Source of the DNA: Terriglobia bacterium
GTDB taxonomy: Bacteria; Acidobacteriota; Terriglobia; Terriglobales; Acidobacteriaceae
Length of the DNA stretch: 64,000 nt
Assembly: GCA_963727085.1 (NCBI GenBank)
Contig: CAVSER010000006.1
Coordinates: forward strand, 14,537 to 78,536
Reading direction: 5' to 3'
Position 1 is the first letter of the stretch, and every line of letters begins with the position of its first letter. Positions 9,670-18,260 of the stretch are shown in pieces. Made by a program: the position numbers and the translations under genes. The notes under the pieces were generated by a model that was given only the letters and a program-made list of their open reading frames with translations, searched no databases and was not told where the DNA came from.

Positions 9670-10551
9670 TCACGGATTCCAGCAATACTTTCTTGCGTAC
9701 GACAATTTCAACTTTTCTGTTGGAGCAGGCTTAACCTCAACCTCATGGATCGTCTTATTTGGAGTGCTCGGGGGCACGTACCTCAGGTAGTACATCCGAT
9801 TTATGAGTTCCCGAATGCTCGTGAATACTTTTGGTACTTCCTGCCTGCCAATGTTATCGAAGGACTCGCCGCCCGTTAGCTCAGCAAAATCCTCCATGAT
9901 TTTGTCGCCTTTGGAAACAACCCCCGTTTGAAGTGTATCGATCGTGAAGATCACTGCTCCTGACTTGAGCGCCTCTGAAACTGCCTCGCCGCGCGTCGTA
10001 TGGCTTTGGTTGTCATCGCCGTCACTCACCAACACCAGTATTCGCCTTGTTGGTTTTGTCCAATCGCGACGTCCAAGCCTTTGCTGGCAGGCAATTGCTA
10101 GCGAATCATAAAGGGCCGTTCCGCCACCGACCCCGACCTGGACGGTAGTCTTTCGCAGTTGATCTTTATTAAGCCATTCAGTCATCTGCGGAGTAGCCTG
10201 AAATGTGAGGAGAAACACTCTATCTTCGGGGCTAAGCATGGTCTCACTCACGAACTGATCCATCGCCTTTAGGATTTCGCCGAAATTGGAACTGCGCCGC
10301 GAGTTGCTGGTATCGATCAAGACACCCAATTCCAATGGGAGGTCGGCTCCGGGCAGCAGATCTATGGCAGAGACCGCTATCTTCTGGTCAGTGACCAGCA
10401 GAGATTGAGACGATACGATAGTCGGTCGGTGATGCGCACCAAACGCGATAAGGGGAACAGCCACGTGTGGACTTGAATCCCGACCAACGGCTGGAAATGC
10501 GAGGAATACTAGCAGACACGCTTTGCAGAGCCGCGCCATCACTTCCTCCAT
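9670..10551 (-). CDS. VWA (von Willebrand factor A) domain-containing secreted protein
   Basis: Signal peptide (MARLCKACLLVFLAFPAVG; the start may be the second Met at 10539). MIDAS-like LIDTSNSRRSS. ...GGGTALYDSL...ILVLVSDGDDNQS, typical of VWA. Confidence 0.8.
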   Translation of the reverse strand: MEEVMARLCKACLLVFLAFPAVGRDSSPHVAVPLIAFGAHHRPTIVSSQSLLVTDQKIAVSAIDLLPGADLPLELGVLIDTSNSRRSSNFGEILKAMDQFVSETMLSPEDRVFLLTFQATPQMTEWLNKDQLRKTTVQVGVGGGTALYDSLAIACQQRLGRRDWTKPTRRILVLVSDGDDNQSHTTRGEAVSEALKSGAVIFTIDTLQTGVVSKGDKIMEDFAELTGGESFDNIGRQEVPKVFTSIRELINRMYYLRYVPPSTPNKTIHEVEVKPAPTEKLKLSYARKYCWNP

Positions 10552-12428
10552 TCAAAACCGCTAACGCTTGTCAGAGCTTATCTTACGACGGACAGAATAA
10601 GTACTGCATGTTAACTGTCGACACCAGATGGGATGAGAAGGCCGGTCTCCGGACGGGATGCGGTGTACGCTCCCAAGTTATCGACGTGCTCGAAGCACAG
10701 ATAAAAAGGAGACCGGCAATGAAGAAGGTTAGCACCAGAGCAGCAGCGCAGAGCAGGAATATTTCGCAACAGAAATTGACCATCGGATTGGATCTGGGCG
10801 ATCGCAACAGTTGGTACTGCGTGCTGGACGAATCCGGCCAGATACAACTGGAGCAGCGCGTGCGCACGAATGCGAAAGCGTTATCCGAAGTCTTTGGCGC
10901 AATGCCGCGCAGTCGGATCGCACTGGAAATCGGGACGCATTCGCCCTGGATCAGCCGCTTGTTGAGCGAGTTGGGGCACGAGGTGATCGTGGCCAATGCG
11001 CGCAAGGTACGGCTGATCGGGGAGAGCCGCAAGAAAGACGATCGGCTGGATGCGCAGACGCTGGCGCGGTTGGCCCGGATCGATCCGGAGTTGCTGTATC
11101 CGGTGAAGCATCGCAGCGCGCAAGCGCAAGCCGATCTCATGATGATTCGGGCGCGGGCCGGTCTGGTGCGCGCCCGCACGGCGCTGGTCAACACGGCCCG
11201 CGGACTAGCCAAGAGCTACGGCGAGCGGTTGCGGGGATGCAACGTGCGGAATATGAATCCGGAGAAAGCCGAAGGATTGAGTCCGGAACTGCAAAGTGCG
11301 CTGGAACCATTGTTGAACGCAATCGAGTCGCTGAGCGAGCGCATCGTGGAATACAACGAGCGCATCGAGAAGCTGGCACTGCAGAGCTATCCGCAGGTGG
11401 CGTTGCTGAAGCAGATCAAGGGTGTGGGCACGTTGATCGCGCTGACCTTCTTGCTGACGCTGGAAGATCCCCATCGCTTTGGCAAGAGCCGCGACGTGGG
11501 CTGCTACCTAGGGTTACAACCGGGACGCAGAAACTCCGGAAAGAGCGAGCCGCAGCTGCACATCAGCAAGGAAGGCGATCCGTACCTGCGCACCCTGCTG
11601 GTGCAGGGAGCGCAGCACATTCTGGGACCGTTTGGGGTCGATTGTGACCTGCGGCGCTGGGGCTTGAAACTAGCCGAACGTGGAGGGAGAAACGGAAAGA
11701 AGCGAGCCATCGTGGCGACCGCCAGAAAGCTGGCAGTGTTGCTGCATCACCTGTGGGTGAGCGGAGAAGCCTACGAACCATTGCATAACAGCAGCCCAAC
11801 GACAGTAGCGGCAGCCGCGTAATAACAGAACTGCTCCAAGAAGAGATAAAGACAAAAGCCCAAAGCCGAGTTCCGGTGACTGCGTTAATCGCCTGGCCCA
11901 GGTTCAACGCTCCAAGAGCTGAACCACAGGGCGCCAAACAGATGGCAGCACCGGCTGAACCGAGAACACCCAATATGCACCGAGCGAAACGAATCGCTCC
12001 TCGAGAGTGCGGATGGAAGCATGGCGACAGTGGCTAACTCGGCGGGAGAAAAATCGTTGTTCCATGAAGCCCGAGAAGAATCGACTTGACTCCGACCGGC
12101 CTTCTCATGGAAGGCGATTTCACGCTTTGACCCGTTCCTGGCTAGATGGATCCCAGGACTTACGTCCTGGGCTAATGAATGGCGTCGCTTTCGCGACTCT
12201 CCCGACCGAGCGCCGCGAAGGCTGGCTGGGAACGAGCTATTTCTCAATCACTTACGGGGGTTGCGTTCAGGCCTATGAGGAGCATTCGCGTCGTCCCAAG
12301 CGCTCTACGAGTTGCTCAAAAGTGTCGTTCGTGCGTGTGTCTTCAGTGACGTTTATAGGGGCCGGGGGCGTTGCTACCGTCATCCTCAGGTACCGGTGCG
12401 TGTGGTACCAAAGCGAGGATGGCTATCA
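10552..12428 (+). mobile_element. IS110-family insertion sequence #2 (outer limits only; true ends not determined)
   Basis: Transposase gene 10719..11822 with about 165 nt upstream and about 600 nt downstream of non-coding sequence. Its sequence is unrelated to IS #1 except for a shared 15-mer at the left side. Confidence 0.4.
10719..11822 (+). CDS. IS110 family transposase
   Basis: The listed ORF starts at 10467, but the RBS aaaaggag precedes ATG 10719 (MKKVSTR...). LTIGLDLGDRNSWYCVLDESGQ (DEDD N-domain). LKQIKGVGTLIALTFLLTLEDPHRFGKSRDVGCYLGLQPGRRNSGKS (Tnp_20-like with SG). Confidence 0.9.
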   Translation: MKKVSTRAAAQSRNISQQKLTIGLDLGDRNSWYCVLDESGQIQLEQRVRTNAKALSEVFGAMPRSRIALEIGTHSPWISRLLSELGHEVIVANARKVRLIGESRKKDDRLDAQTLARLARIDPELLYPVKHRSAQAQADLMMIRARAGLVRARTALVNTARGLAKSYGERLRGCNVRNMNPEKAEGLSPELQSALEPLLNAIESLSERIVEYNERIEKLALQSYPQVALLKQIKGVGTLIALTFLLTLEDPHRFGKSRDVGCYLGLQPGRRNSGKSEPQLHISKEGDPYLRTLLVQGAQHILGPFGVDCDLRRWGLKLAERGGRNGKKRAIVATARKLAVLLHHLWVSGEAYEPLHNSSPTTVAAAA

Positions 12429-12818
12429 ATGGCGAAGGCAAAACTTACGATTCTTTATGGGGAAGGCGACGAGGACGTTTTGAAAGCACAGGCATCGGCG
12501 CTAGAGAAGGCCGGGCACTCGGTGCAGCAGGGACTCGGGCGCAAGGGCGTCAACGAAGGTCTCAATAAGGCCAAGTTCGATCTGGTCGTGTTGGGAGCGA
12601 CATTGACCCGGAATGACCGGCATCATCTTCCATACATGGCGAAGAAGGCGAACGCCGAGACCAAGATCCTGGTGCTGCATGCCGATGGAAGCCGTCATCC
12701 GTATGTCGACGGATGCGTGGATACGGGGACCAGCATGGAGAACATCGTGAACAAGATCGAGAACATGAAGATTGCCGGTGCAGCTCCGATAGCGGCTGGG
12801 GCGGCGGCTGGACGGTAA
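12429..12818 (+). CDS. CheY-like receiver-fold protein (single domain, atypical)
   Basis: RBS aggatgg before ATG 12429. MAKAKLTILYGEGDEDVL...FDLVVLGATL...KILVLHAD resembles a receiver domain. The acidic pocket is only partly recognisable. Confidence 0.5.
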   Translation: MAKAKLTILYGEGDEDVLKAQASALEKAGHSVQQGLGRKGVNEGLNKAKFDLVVLGATLTRNDRHHLPYMAKKANAETKILVLHADGSRHPYVDGCVDTGTSMENIVNKIENMKIAGAAPIAAGAAAGR

Positions 12819-12842
12819 GAACCAGTACTCAGTACTCAGTGA

Positions 12843-12874
12843 AAGGCGGCCTTCTTGGCTGCCTTTTCTGTTTT
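12843..12874 (+). terminator. Rho-independent terminator
   Basis: 9-bp stem aaggcggcc / ggctgcctt (one G-U pair), loop ttctt, then ttctgtttt. It lies 25 nt after the stop at 12818. Confidence 0.65.
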
Positions 12875-12976
12875 CGCACGGGGGTATCAGGTTCGTTAAC
12901 CGGTGGGATTTCGACTCGACTTTGCCGAGAATGAAGCTGCGCAGCCGGCGCTTAAGCTGGCTCTAGTGGGAAATGT

Positions 12977-13390
12977 TCAACGGCAGGTTAGCAGAGCGGT
13001 ACCGGTGACACGACCGCATCCGGCGCCACAGGCGTTTATCGCAGTGCAGGTTGCATTTGCCCCATCCGGGGCGAAGGCCCAGACCAGGTATGTTCCGCTT
13101 GCTGCGGGCAAACACTGTGCGAGACCCGCTGGGTTTATCGTGATATCCGTTGTTGGCTGATTCTGGGAGCAGGCACCCCATGTTGCCGTCAGGGGCGTCA
13201 CGAACCTGGGATTGTGGTTGTAGTACCCGGTCGCGGCGAACTGAATCTCTCCACCGGGAATCTGACTGGCGTCCGCGGTTGCGGGACTGATGCTCACGGT
13301 TTGCAGGGTACGCGGAGAAGATGATCCGCAGGCGACTAGAACGACAGCGAGAAAGATTAATGAGATAAGAGCAGGGCTCCAGGTCTTCAT
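12977..13390 (-). CDS. Lipoprotein, hypothetical (Ig-like beta-rich)
   Basis: Lipobox LVAC in MKTWSPALISLIFLAVVLVACGSS. 137 aa, Cys-rich C-terminal part. Confidence 0.6.
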   Translation of the reverse strand: MKTWSPALISLIFLAVVLVACGSSSPRTLQTVSISPATADASQIPGGEIQFAATGYYNHNPRFVTPLTATWGACSQNQPTTDITINPAGLAQCLPAASGTYLVWAFAPDGANATCTAINACGAGCGRVTGTALLTCR

Positions 13391-13625
13391 CGGAACCTCC
13401 TGTGCCTGGGAAACCCGCGCGAGGGCGCAGAGTTACTCGACGTCTCTATTATAGGTCCGCAGTTGGCGAAGGATCACGGATTTGTGTCGGACGTTTCGGA
13501 TCCAGCCACGCGAGAGGGTCAATACACTTTCGTAATCGGCAATCAAGGGTATTGGGGCAACGTAATTGTTTGTGGAGAATCTATTCATGTAATGCCACTT
13601 CGAATTTTGTTCTCAGGAGCCAGCA

Positions 13626-13835
13626 ATGCCGATGTATCAGCCTTCCCCCAAAAGAAACCGGATTTTGTTTAACGCCGAAAGTCGCGGCGGATTATCGATT
13701 CCCGTCTCTGCCATCGTTCTGCGTATTTTGTCGCAGGTGGACTCTACCATCGAACTCACCAACCGCATTTGCGACCGTTATCTTGCCGATCGAACGCGGC
13801 AGCCTGTAAGTTCTTTTCGGCCATCGGCTGCGTAG
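13626..13835 (+). CDS. Small hypothetical protein (69 aa), speculative
   Basis: Good RBS (aggag 7 nt before the ATG) in an otherwise unassigned 565-bp spacer of lower GC. No recognisable family. Confidence 0.2.
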   Translation: MPMYQPSPKRNRILFNAESRGGLSIPVSAIVLRILSQVDSTIELTNRICDRYLADRTRQPVSSFRPSAA

Positions 13836-13874
13836 GGGCGTTCGTCGTCATTGTTCGCGTGTCTCGCGGCGCTG

Positions 13875-13944
13875 CCAGCGAGATGCATAGATCCTGAGGC
13901 GCGCACAAAACGCACGCCTCAGGATGACATTCTTAAGATGGATG
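13875..13944 (+). repeat. REP-like palindromic element, family A (full-length copy)
   Basis: ccagcgagATGCATAGATCCTGAGGCG-loop-CGCCTCAGGATGACAttcttaAGATGGAT. Nearly identical framework at 21891..21954. Confidence 0.8.
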
Positions 13945-13955
13945 ATCCTAACGGA

Positions 13956-14495
13956 TCAGGGAATTGTTCTGGCGGGGGGCTTGCCGGCGTTGCCTTTGTA
14001 ATCCTTGGGATAGACGACCAGGCAGCGGCGCATGCCTTCGCCTTCGCTTTCGGTGTGCAGGTCGGCTTCGTCGCGCAAGGCGAGATGGACGATGCGGCGT
14101 TCGCGCGAAGACATGGGGCTGAACTGATACGGAGTTCCGGTCTTGCGGACTTTTTCGGCGGCGACGGTCGCGGCCATACGCAATTCCTGAATGCGCTGGG
14201 CGCGCTGTCCCTGGCAATCGAACGAGATCTTCTCATGCTCGCCCGAAGGCAGGCGCAGCATTTCGAGTCCGATTAGTTCGAGGGCGCGGAGGAGTTCCCC
14301 GCCGCGGTCGAGCAGCATGGGGGCGTCAGGGCCGGAGAAGTCGACGAGGATCTCGGGCTTCTCCCAATCGCGGTTCTCGGGCAGCGGGGGATCGACGACG
14401 ATGCGGTACTTGAGGCGCAGGCCGCCATGGGTGACGACGGCCTGGAGGAATTCGTTGATCTTCTTGGCGGCGGCGACTTTGTCGGGTATGGACAT
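13956..14495 (-). CDS. jag: Jag/KhpB-like RNA-binding protein (KH plus R3H domains)
   Basis: 179 aa. ...RERRIVHLALRDEADLHTESEGEGMRRCLVVYPK (R3H-like). Position downstream of yidC in the rnpA-yidD-yidC-jag arrangement. Confidence 0.8.
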   Translation of the reverse strand: MSIPDKVAAAKKINEFLQAVVTHGGLRLKYRIVVDPPLPENRDWEKPEILVDFSGPDAPMLLDRGGELLRALELIGLEMLRLPSGEHEKISFDCQGQRAQRIQELRMAATVAAEKVRKTGTPYQFSPMSSRERRIVHLALRDEADLHTESEGEGMRRCLVVYPKDYKGNAGKPPARTIP

Positions 14496-14563
14496 GGGTT
14501 CGGCTCTCAGCTATCAGGCTGTGTTGATGTCTAAATTTTTGTCGGGATCGATCCCCGTCTTTC

Positions 14564-14722
14564 GCCCCTTCGGGGCTTGAATCTCTTTCGATCGGCTACC
14601 CAGGGCTTACGCCGTGGGCTGCATTCTTCCGCCGCTTCGCGGCTGGTCTGCCCATCCCCGCCGGGGCTAAAGCCCCTCATCCAATCGGCCCTTGACGCGA
14701 CCCTAAAGGGCCGCTCTTCCAC
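14564..14722 (+). repeat. Mosaic of REP-like units (families B and C) inside the yidC-jag spacer
   Basis: gccccttcggggc (14564..14576). Family C unit cagggcttacgccgtgggctgcattcttccgccgcttcgcggctgg (14601..14646). Family B units ggggctaaagcccc (14663..14676) and gcgaccctaaagggccgctcttccac (14697..14722). Confidence 0.75.
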
Positions 14723-14791
14723 AAAGCCACCCTTCCACGTTGCACTGATCGAGATCGCGGGCGGCCAGATGCCCACGTTGCGCATCAACAA

Positions 14792-16537
14792 TCATTTGTC
14801 TTTCTTGCGGGCGCGCTTGGCCATGATCTCCTGCATTTCGCGGCCTAGACTTGTACGGTTTATCACGGCCTGCTGGGAAACCGAAACTACGTTACTCAGC
14901 GAGTAGTACAGGTTCAATCCTGCCTGCAGACGGAAGAAGATGAACCCCATCATGAGCGGCATCATGATGTTCATCATTCTTTGCTGCGCGGGGTCCATGC
15001 CGACCTGCGGCGTCATGCGTTGCGTGATCAGCATGGTGACGACCATGAAAATCGGCAACAGATAGAGTGGATCGGCTGCGGAAAGATCCTTGATCCAGAG
15101 CCAGGGCGCGTGGCGGAGATCGATGGCCACGTACAGCATCTTGTAATAGGCGTAGAGGAAGGGCAACTGGATCAGCATCGGCAGACATCCGCCGACGGGA
15201 TTCACGCCTTCTTTCTTATAAAGCGCGCTGATCTCCTCGTTCATGGCAGCCTTGCGCGGGTCGCGCAGGCTGTACTTCTTGTATTTCTCCTGAATGGATT
15301 TGATCTGCGGCTGCACGCGCTGCATCTTCAGCATGGACTTCATCTGCTTGATGCGCAGCGGCATGAGCGCCAGCGTAATGATCAGCGTCTGGATGACGAT
15401 GGCCCATCCCCAGTTCGCGATCACGTGGTGATAGGTCCACTTCAGCCAAGCGAAAAGAGGTTTGGCGAGAAGGCCCCAGATTCCGAAGTCGACGAGACCG
15501 TTGAGGTCATTGTCGGCACCGGAGAGACCAGGGACCGTAATCTTCTGCAGGACATCGAGTTCCTTGGGGCCGACGAAAATCCTTTCGGAGGTGGCACCGC
15601 GCACATTGCCGACCGCCGCGCCCAAAATGTCGACGTTTGTCGTCTCTTTATTGTTCTTGTCTTTGGGATCTTTTGGAATGGGAAGCGAGTTCCGCAGAGT
15701 CACCATCGAGGTATTCGCCGGATCGTCGGGGATGAAGACTGCGGCGAAGTATTGATCGTTGGGTCCTGCCCAGTGGAATGGTCCGGGTAAGGTGCCGCCT
15801 CCACTGATCTTCTTCATGGCCAGCCGCTCGATGTTTTTGTTGAACTGGTAATCGATGGTGGATGCAGCGTAGAAAGCGGGCGTGGTCTGGTCGCCGAACC
15901 CAGCCGGCCACGCCGGCAACGTGGGGGCAGGTGCGCCCTTGTAGGTTACGCTTGCGGCGACCTTGACGATGTAAGTGTTATCGAAGGTGAAGGTCTTCCG
16001 GACGGTAATGGTGTCGTCGGCGTATTCGAACGTCAACGTAGCGGGCGCGGTTAGATTCCCTTCGCTGGAGGGGACGTAGAGAGCGGAGCTGAGGCGTCCG
16101 CGGAGATCTTCGTCGTAGGCCCAGAGGGAGAGCGGGTAGCCAAACTGCTGCGCTGCAGCAGGATTGACAAGATCAAGCGGGCCGTTCTGGGCATCGTTAT
16201 CGTACTTCTTCAGAATCCAGGACTTCACTTCCGCACCGCGATTGCTGAACGTGATGCGGTAGAGATCGTTTTCGATGACGACGGGAGCTTCTTTGGAAGC
16301 TTGCTTGGTCACGCCGCCAGCAGGCGCGGCAACAGGCGGAGGTGGTGCAGGAGTGGTGGCTGCCTGAGTCTGCGCGGGCTGCTGCTGAGCTGGTTGCTGC
16401 TTCGGAGGCGGAGGCGCAGGGAAGAACCTTTTCTGCACCTGCGTGAAGACGAGCATCAGGACAAACGTGACTGCGAAAATCAGCAGCAGGCGGCGTTCAT
16501 TGCCGGGCTCGTGTTGTGGATTTTGATATTCGGCCAA
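14792..16537 (-). CDS. yidC: Membrane protein insertase YidC
   Basis: 581 aa with an N-terminal TM, Pro/Gln-rich linker and large periplasmic domain. C-terminal core WGWAIVIQTLIITLALMPLRIKQMKSM...GGCLPMLIQLPFLYAYY. Sits in the conserved operon. Confidence 0.95.
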   Translation of the reverse strand: MAEYQNPQHEPGNERRLLLIFAVTFVLMLVFTQVQKRFFPAPPPPKQQPAQQQPAQTQAATTPAPPPPVAAPAGGVTKQASKEAPVVIENDLYRITFSNRGAEVKSWILKKYDNDAQNGPLDLVNPAAAQQFGYPLSLWAYDEDLRGRLSSALYVPSSEGNLTAPATLTFEYADDTITVRKTFTFDNTYIVKVAASVTYKGAPAPTLPAWPAGFGDQTTPAFYAASTIDYQFNKNIERLAMKKISGGGTLPGPFHWAGPNDQYFAAVFIPDDPANTSMVTLRNSLPIPKDPKDKNNKETTNVDILGAAVGNVRGATSERIFVGPKELDVLQKITVPGLSGADNDLNGLVDFGIWGLLAKPLFAWLKWTYHHVIANWGWAIVIQTLIITLALMPLRIKQMKSMLKMQRVQPQIKSIQEKYKKYSLRDPRKAAMNEEISALYKKEGVNPVGGCLPMLIQLPFLYAYYKMLYVAIDLRHAPWLWIKDLSAADPLYLLPIFMVVTMLITQRMTPQVGMDPAQQRMMNIMMPLMMGFIFFRLQAGLNLYYSLSNVVSVSQQAVINRTSLGREMQEIMAKRARKKDK

Positions 16538-16552
16538 AGTTGTCTTGCTTCC

Positions 16553-16834
16553 TTAAGTAGCGTGATGACACGCTTCAGTCGCCGTGTGCCGTTGATCGGC
16601 CACAGACGAATTGCGGATGACAGGATCGTATCCGCCTTTCACAAACGGATGGCAGCGGAGGAGTCTCCAAGCGGACATAAGGCCTCCGCGAATCGCACCA
16701 TAACGTTCCACGGCCTCCATGGCGTATTCCGAACATGTCGGAACATAGCGGCAGGCGGGCGGAAACAGGGGAGAGATCGCCCACTTGTAGGCTCGCAGCA
16801 GGAGCAGGACGGCGCGTTGTGGCAGAGTTCTCAT
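16553..16834 (-). CDS. yidD: Membrane protein insertion efficiency factor YidD
   Basis: [55 protein letters not shown]. 4-nt overlap with the rnpA stop. Confidence 0.9.
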   Translation of the reverse strand: MRTLPQRAVLLLLRAYKWAISPLFPPACRYVPTCSEYAMEAVERYGAIRGGLMSAWRLLRCHPFVKGGYDPVIRNSSVADQRHTATEACHHAT

Positions 16835-17322
16835 CGGCTTCCGGCTTCCGGCGTTCGGCTTCCGGTCTCCCTATTTTCGATCCGATCCGTCTTGGTCAGC
16901 TTCTTGTTTATGACTACGAAAGCCTGACGGACTTCGTTCACGACAGCTTCGAAGCCGGCGGTCAGCAACACCTTTTTGGGGTTGATGACTACATCGGCGC
17001 CGGGAGCGTTCGTCGGCAGCGTGAGCCTGACGGCTTCGCGCAGGCGGCGCTTCATACGGTTACGCTGGACGGCGCCTCCGAGAGCGCGGCCAACGGTGAA
17101 TCCGACGCGAAGTCCTGGAACGGCTGCTTTCGCCGGCGCGGCAGACGGTTCGGGCCGCAGCAAATAGAACACGGTCATCGAAGCCGAGAAGTGCCGTCGG
17201 CCTTGCTTGTACACGCGCTCGAAGTCGGCATGACGCAACAGGCGTGAGCTGCGGGTGAACTTCGCCGCCGGCCTGGATTGCTCGACATTCGAATTCGTTT
17301 CTCGGGGCACACTGGCGGTCAC
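16831..17322 (-). CDS. rnpA: Ribonuclease P protein component
   Basis: [17 protein letters not shown]...[29 protein letters not shown] start as listed (start uncertain). Immediately downstream of rpmH. Confidence 0.85.
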   Translation of the reverse strand: MTASVPRETNSNVEQSRPAAKFTRSSRLLRHADFERVYKQGRRHFSASMTVFYLLRPEPSAAPAKAAVPGLRVGFTVGRALGGAVQRNRMKRRLREAVRLTLPTNAPGADVVINPKKVLLTAGFEAVVNEVRQAFVVINKKLTKTDRIENRETGSRTPEAGSR

Positions 17323-17383
17323 AGTGCCTCTAAAGTCTGGGCTGATATGGGATCGCGGACGAAGAACGTCCGGCCCACATTGG

Positions 17384-17539
17384 TTATTCGCGAAAGCCAG
17401 GTTTCACAGAGACCCGCTTGCGCCCCTTGGCGCGGCGGCGGGATAAAACTTTCTGGCCGCCCTGGGTCTTCATGCGCGTGCGAAATCCATGTTTCTTGGA
17501 TCGCTTGCGCCGGTTAGGTTGGAACGTACGCTTAGGCAT
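17384..17539 (-). CDS. rpmH: 50S ribosomal protein L34
   Basis: Not in the ORF track because it is under 60 aa. The reverse-strand translation reads [51 protein letters not shown], then TAA. Canonical position divergent from dnaA. Confidence 0.95.
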   Translation of the reverse strand: MPKRTFQPNRRKRSKKHGFRTRMKTQGGQKVLSRRRAKGRKRVSVKPGFRE

Positions 17540-18260
17540 GAAAAGTAGCTGCTCCTGAGTGGTTCAACGGTCTTGGGACAAACTAAAAGTATAAATCAGG
17601 GGGTGCATTCCGGCCAAACGCTACTAGAACGGCGATACCGTGTCGAGAAAGCGTAGACCGCCGGCAACATCAAGCCTTCCACTGTCATAGGGTCGCACGC
17701 TGCGGCTTCGCCGACGTTCACGGTGACATCTCTTAGACGCCCTCGATTTCTGCCGCACTGCGTCGTCCAGATTCTCATGGCGGTTCGACGACAGCACGAG
17801 AGTGTCGCTGGTTCACGTGTCTGCTTTTTCTTTCTGCGTTCGTTGCTCAGTGAATCAAGTTGCAGGTTGGATCGGAATCCGAAATGTGATTTCAGCCACA
17901 ATCGCATGAGGCCACCAGATGGTGTGCTGTGATGCGGGGGAGGCACTAGAAATCTTGCTACTCATCTTGATCACGATGCGTTTCTGCACATTGCGCGCGG
18001 CAGTTATATGCGCGGTACTTGACAGAGCGTTCGATTCGGGAGATGAATGAGCATCACAAAAAATTCCGGCCAGAAGATTTCCACATGACGAAAATTTTTG
18101 TGCTAGTATGCCGGACTGGTCCTGCTTTTTGACTTCGTTTTTACTTTGTAAGCAGCGCAACGAAAAACAGGCGCATTCCGCAGTAAAATTAACGGTTCCA
18201 GAACTTCTTAACCGGCAGTCTTAACAGGCGCTCTACACCAGCCGCCAGGGCGCCGCGCGG

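Noticed and set aside
12384-12420. Reverse-orientation family A REP copy (gtcatcctcagg...)
   Set aside because: Only the 12-nt box matches. The adjacent hairpin (ggtacc...ggtacc) does not have the family architecture, so it was not counted.
7876-12428. Composite transposon made of the two IS110 copies carrying the VWA gene
   Set aside because: The two elements are unrelated in sequence apart from one 15-mer. IS110-family elements move by site-specific recombination of single circularised copies and are not known to mobilise intervening DNA as composites.
13402-13809. 135-aa ORF in the jag-lipoprotein spacer
   Set aside because: It is Arg/Cys/Ser-rich and implausible, has a non-ATG start with no RBS, and overlaps the better-supported small ORF.
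18030-18125. Sigma70-type promoter for dnaA (TTGACA at about 18017 with ATGAAT 18 nt downstream; tagtat near 18105)
   Set aside because: The -10 matches are weak or the spacing is wrong. I cannot support a specific promoter call by eye.
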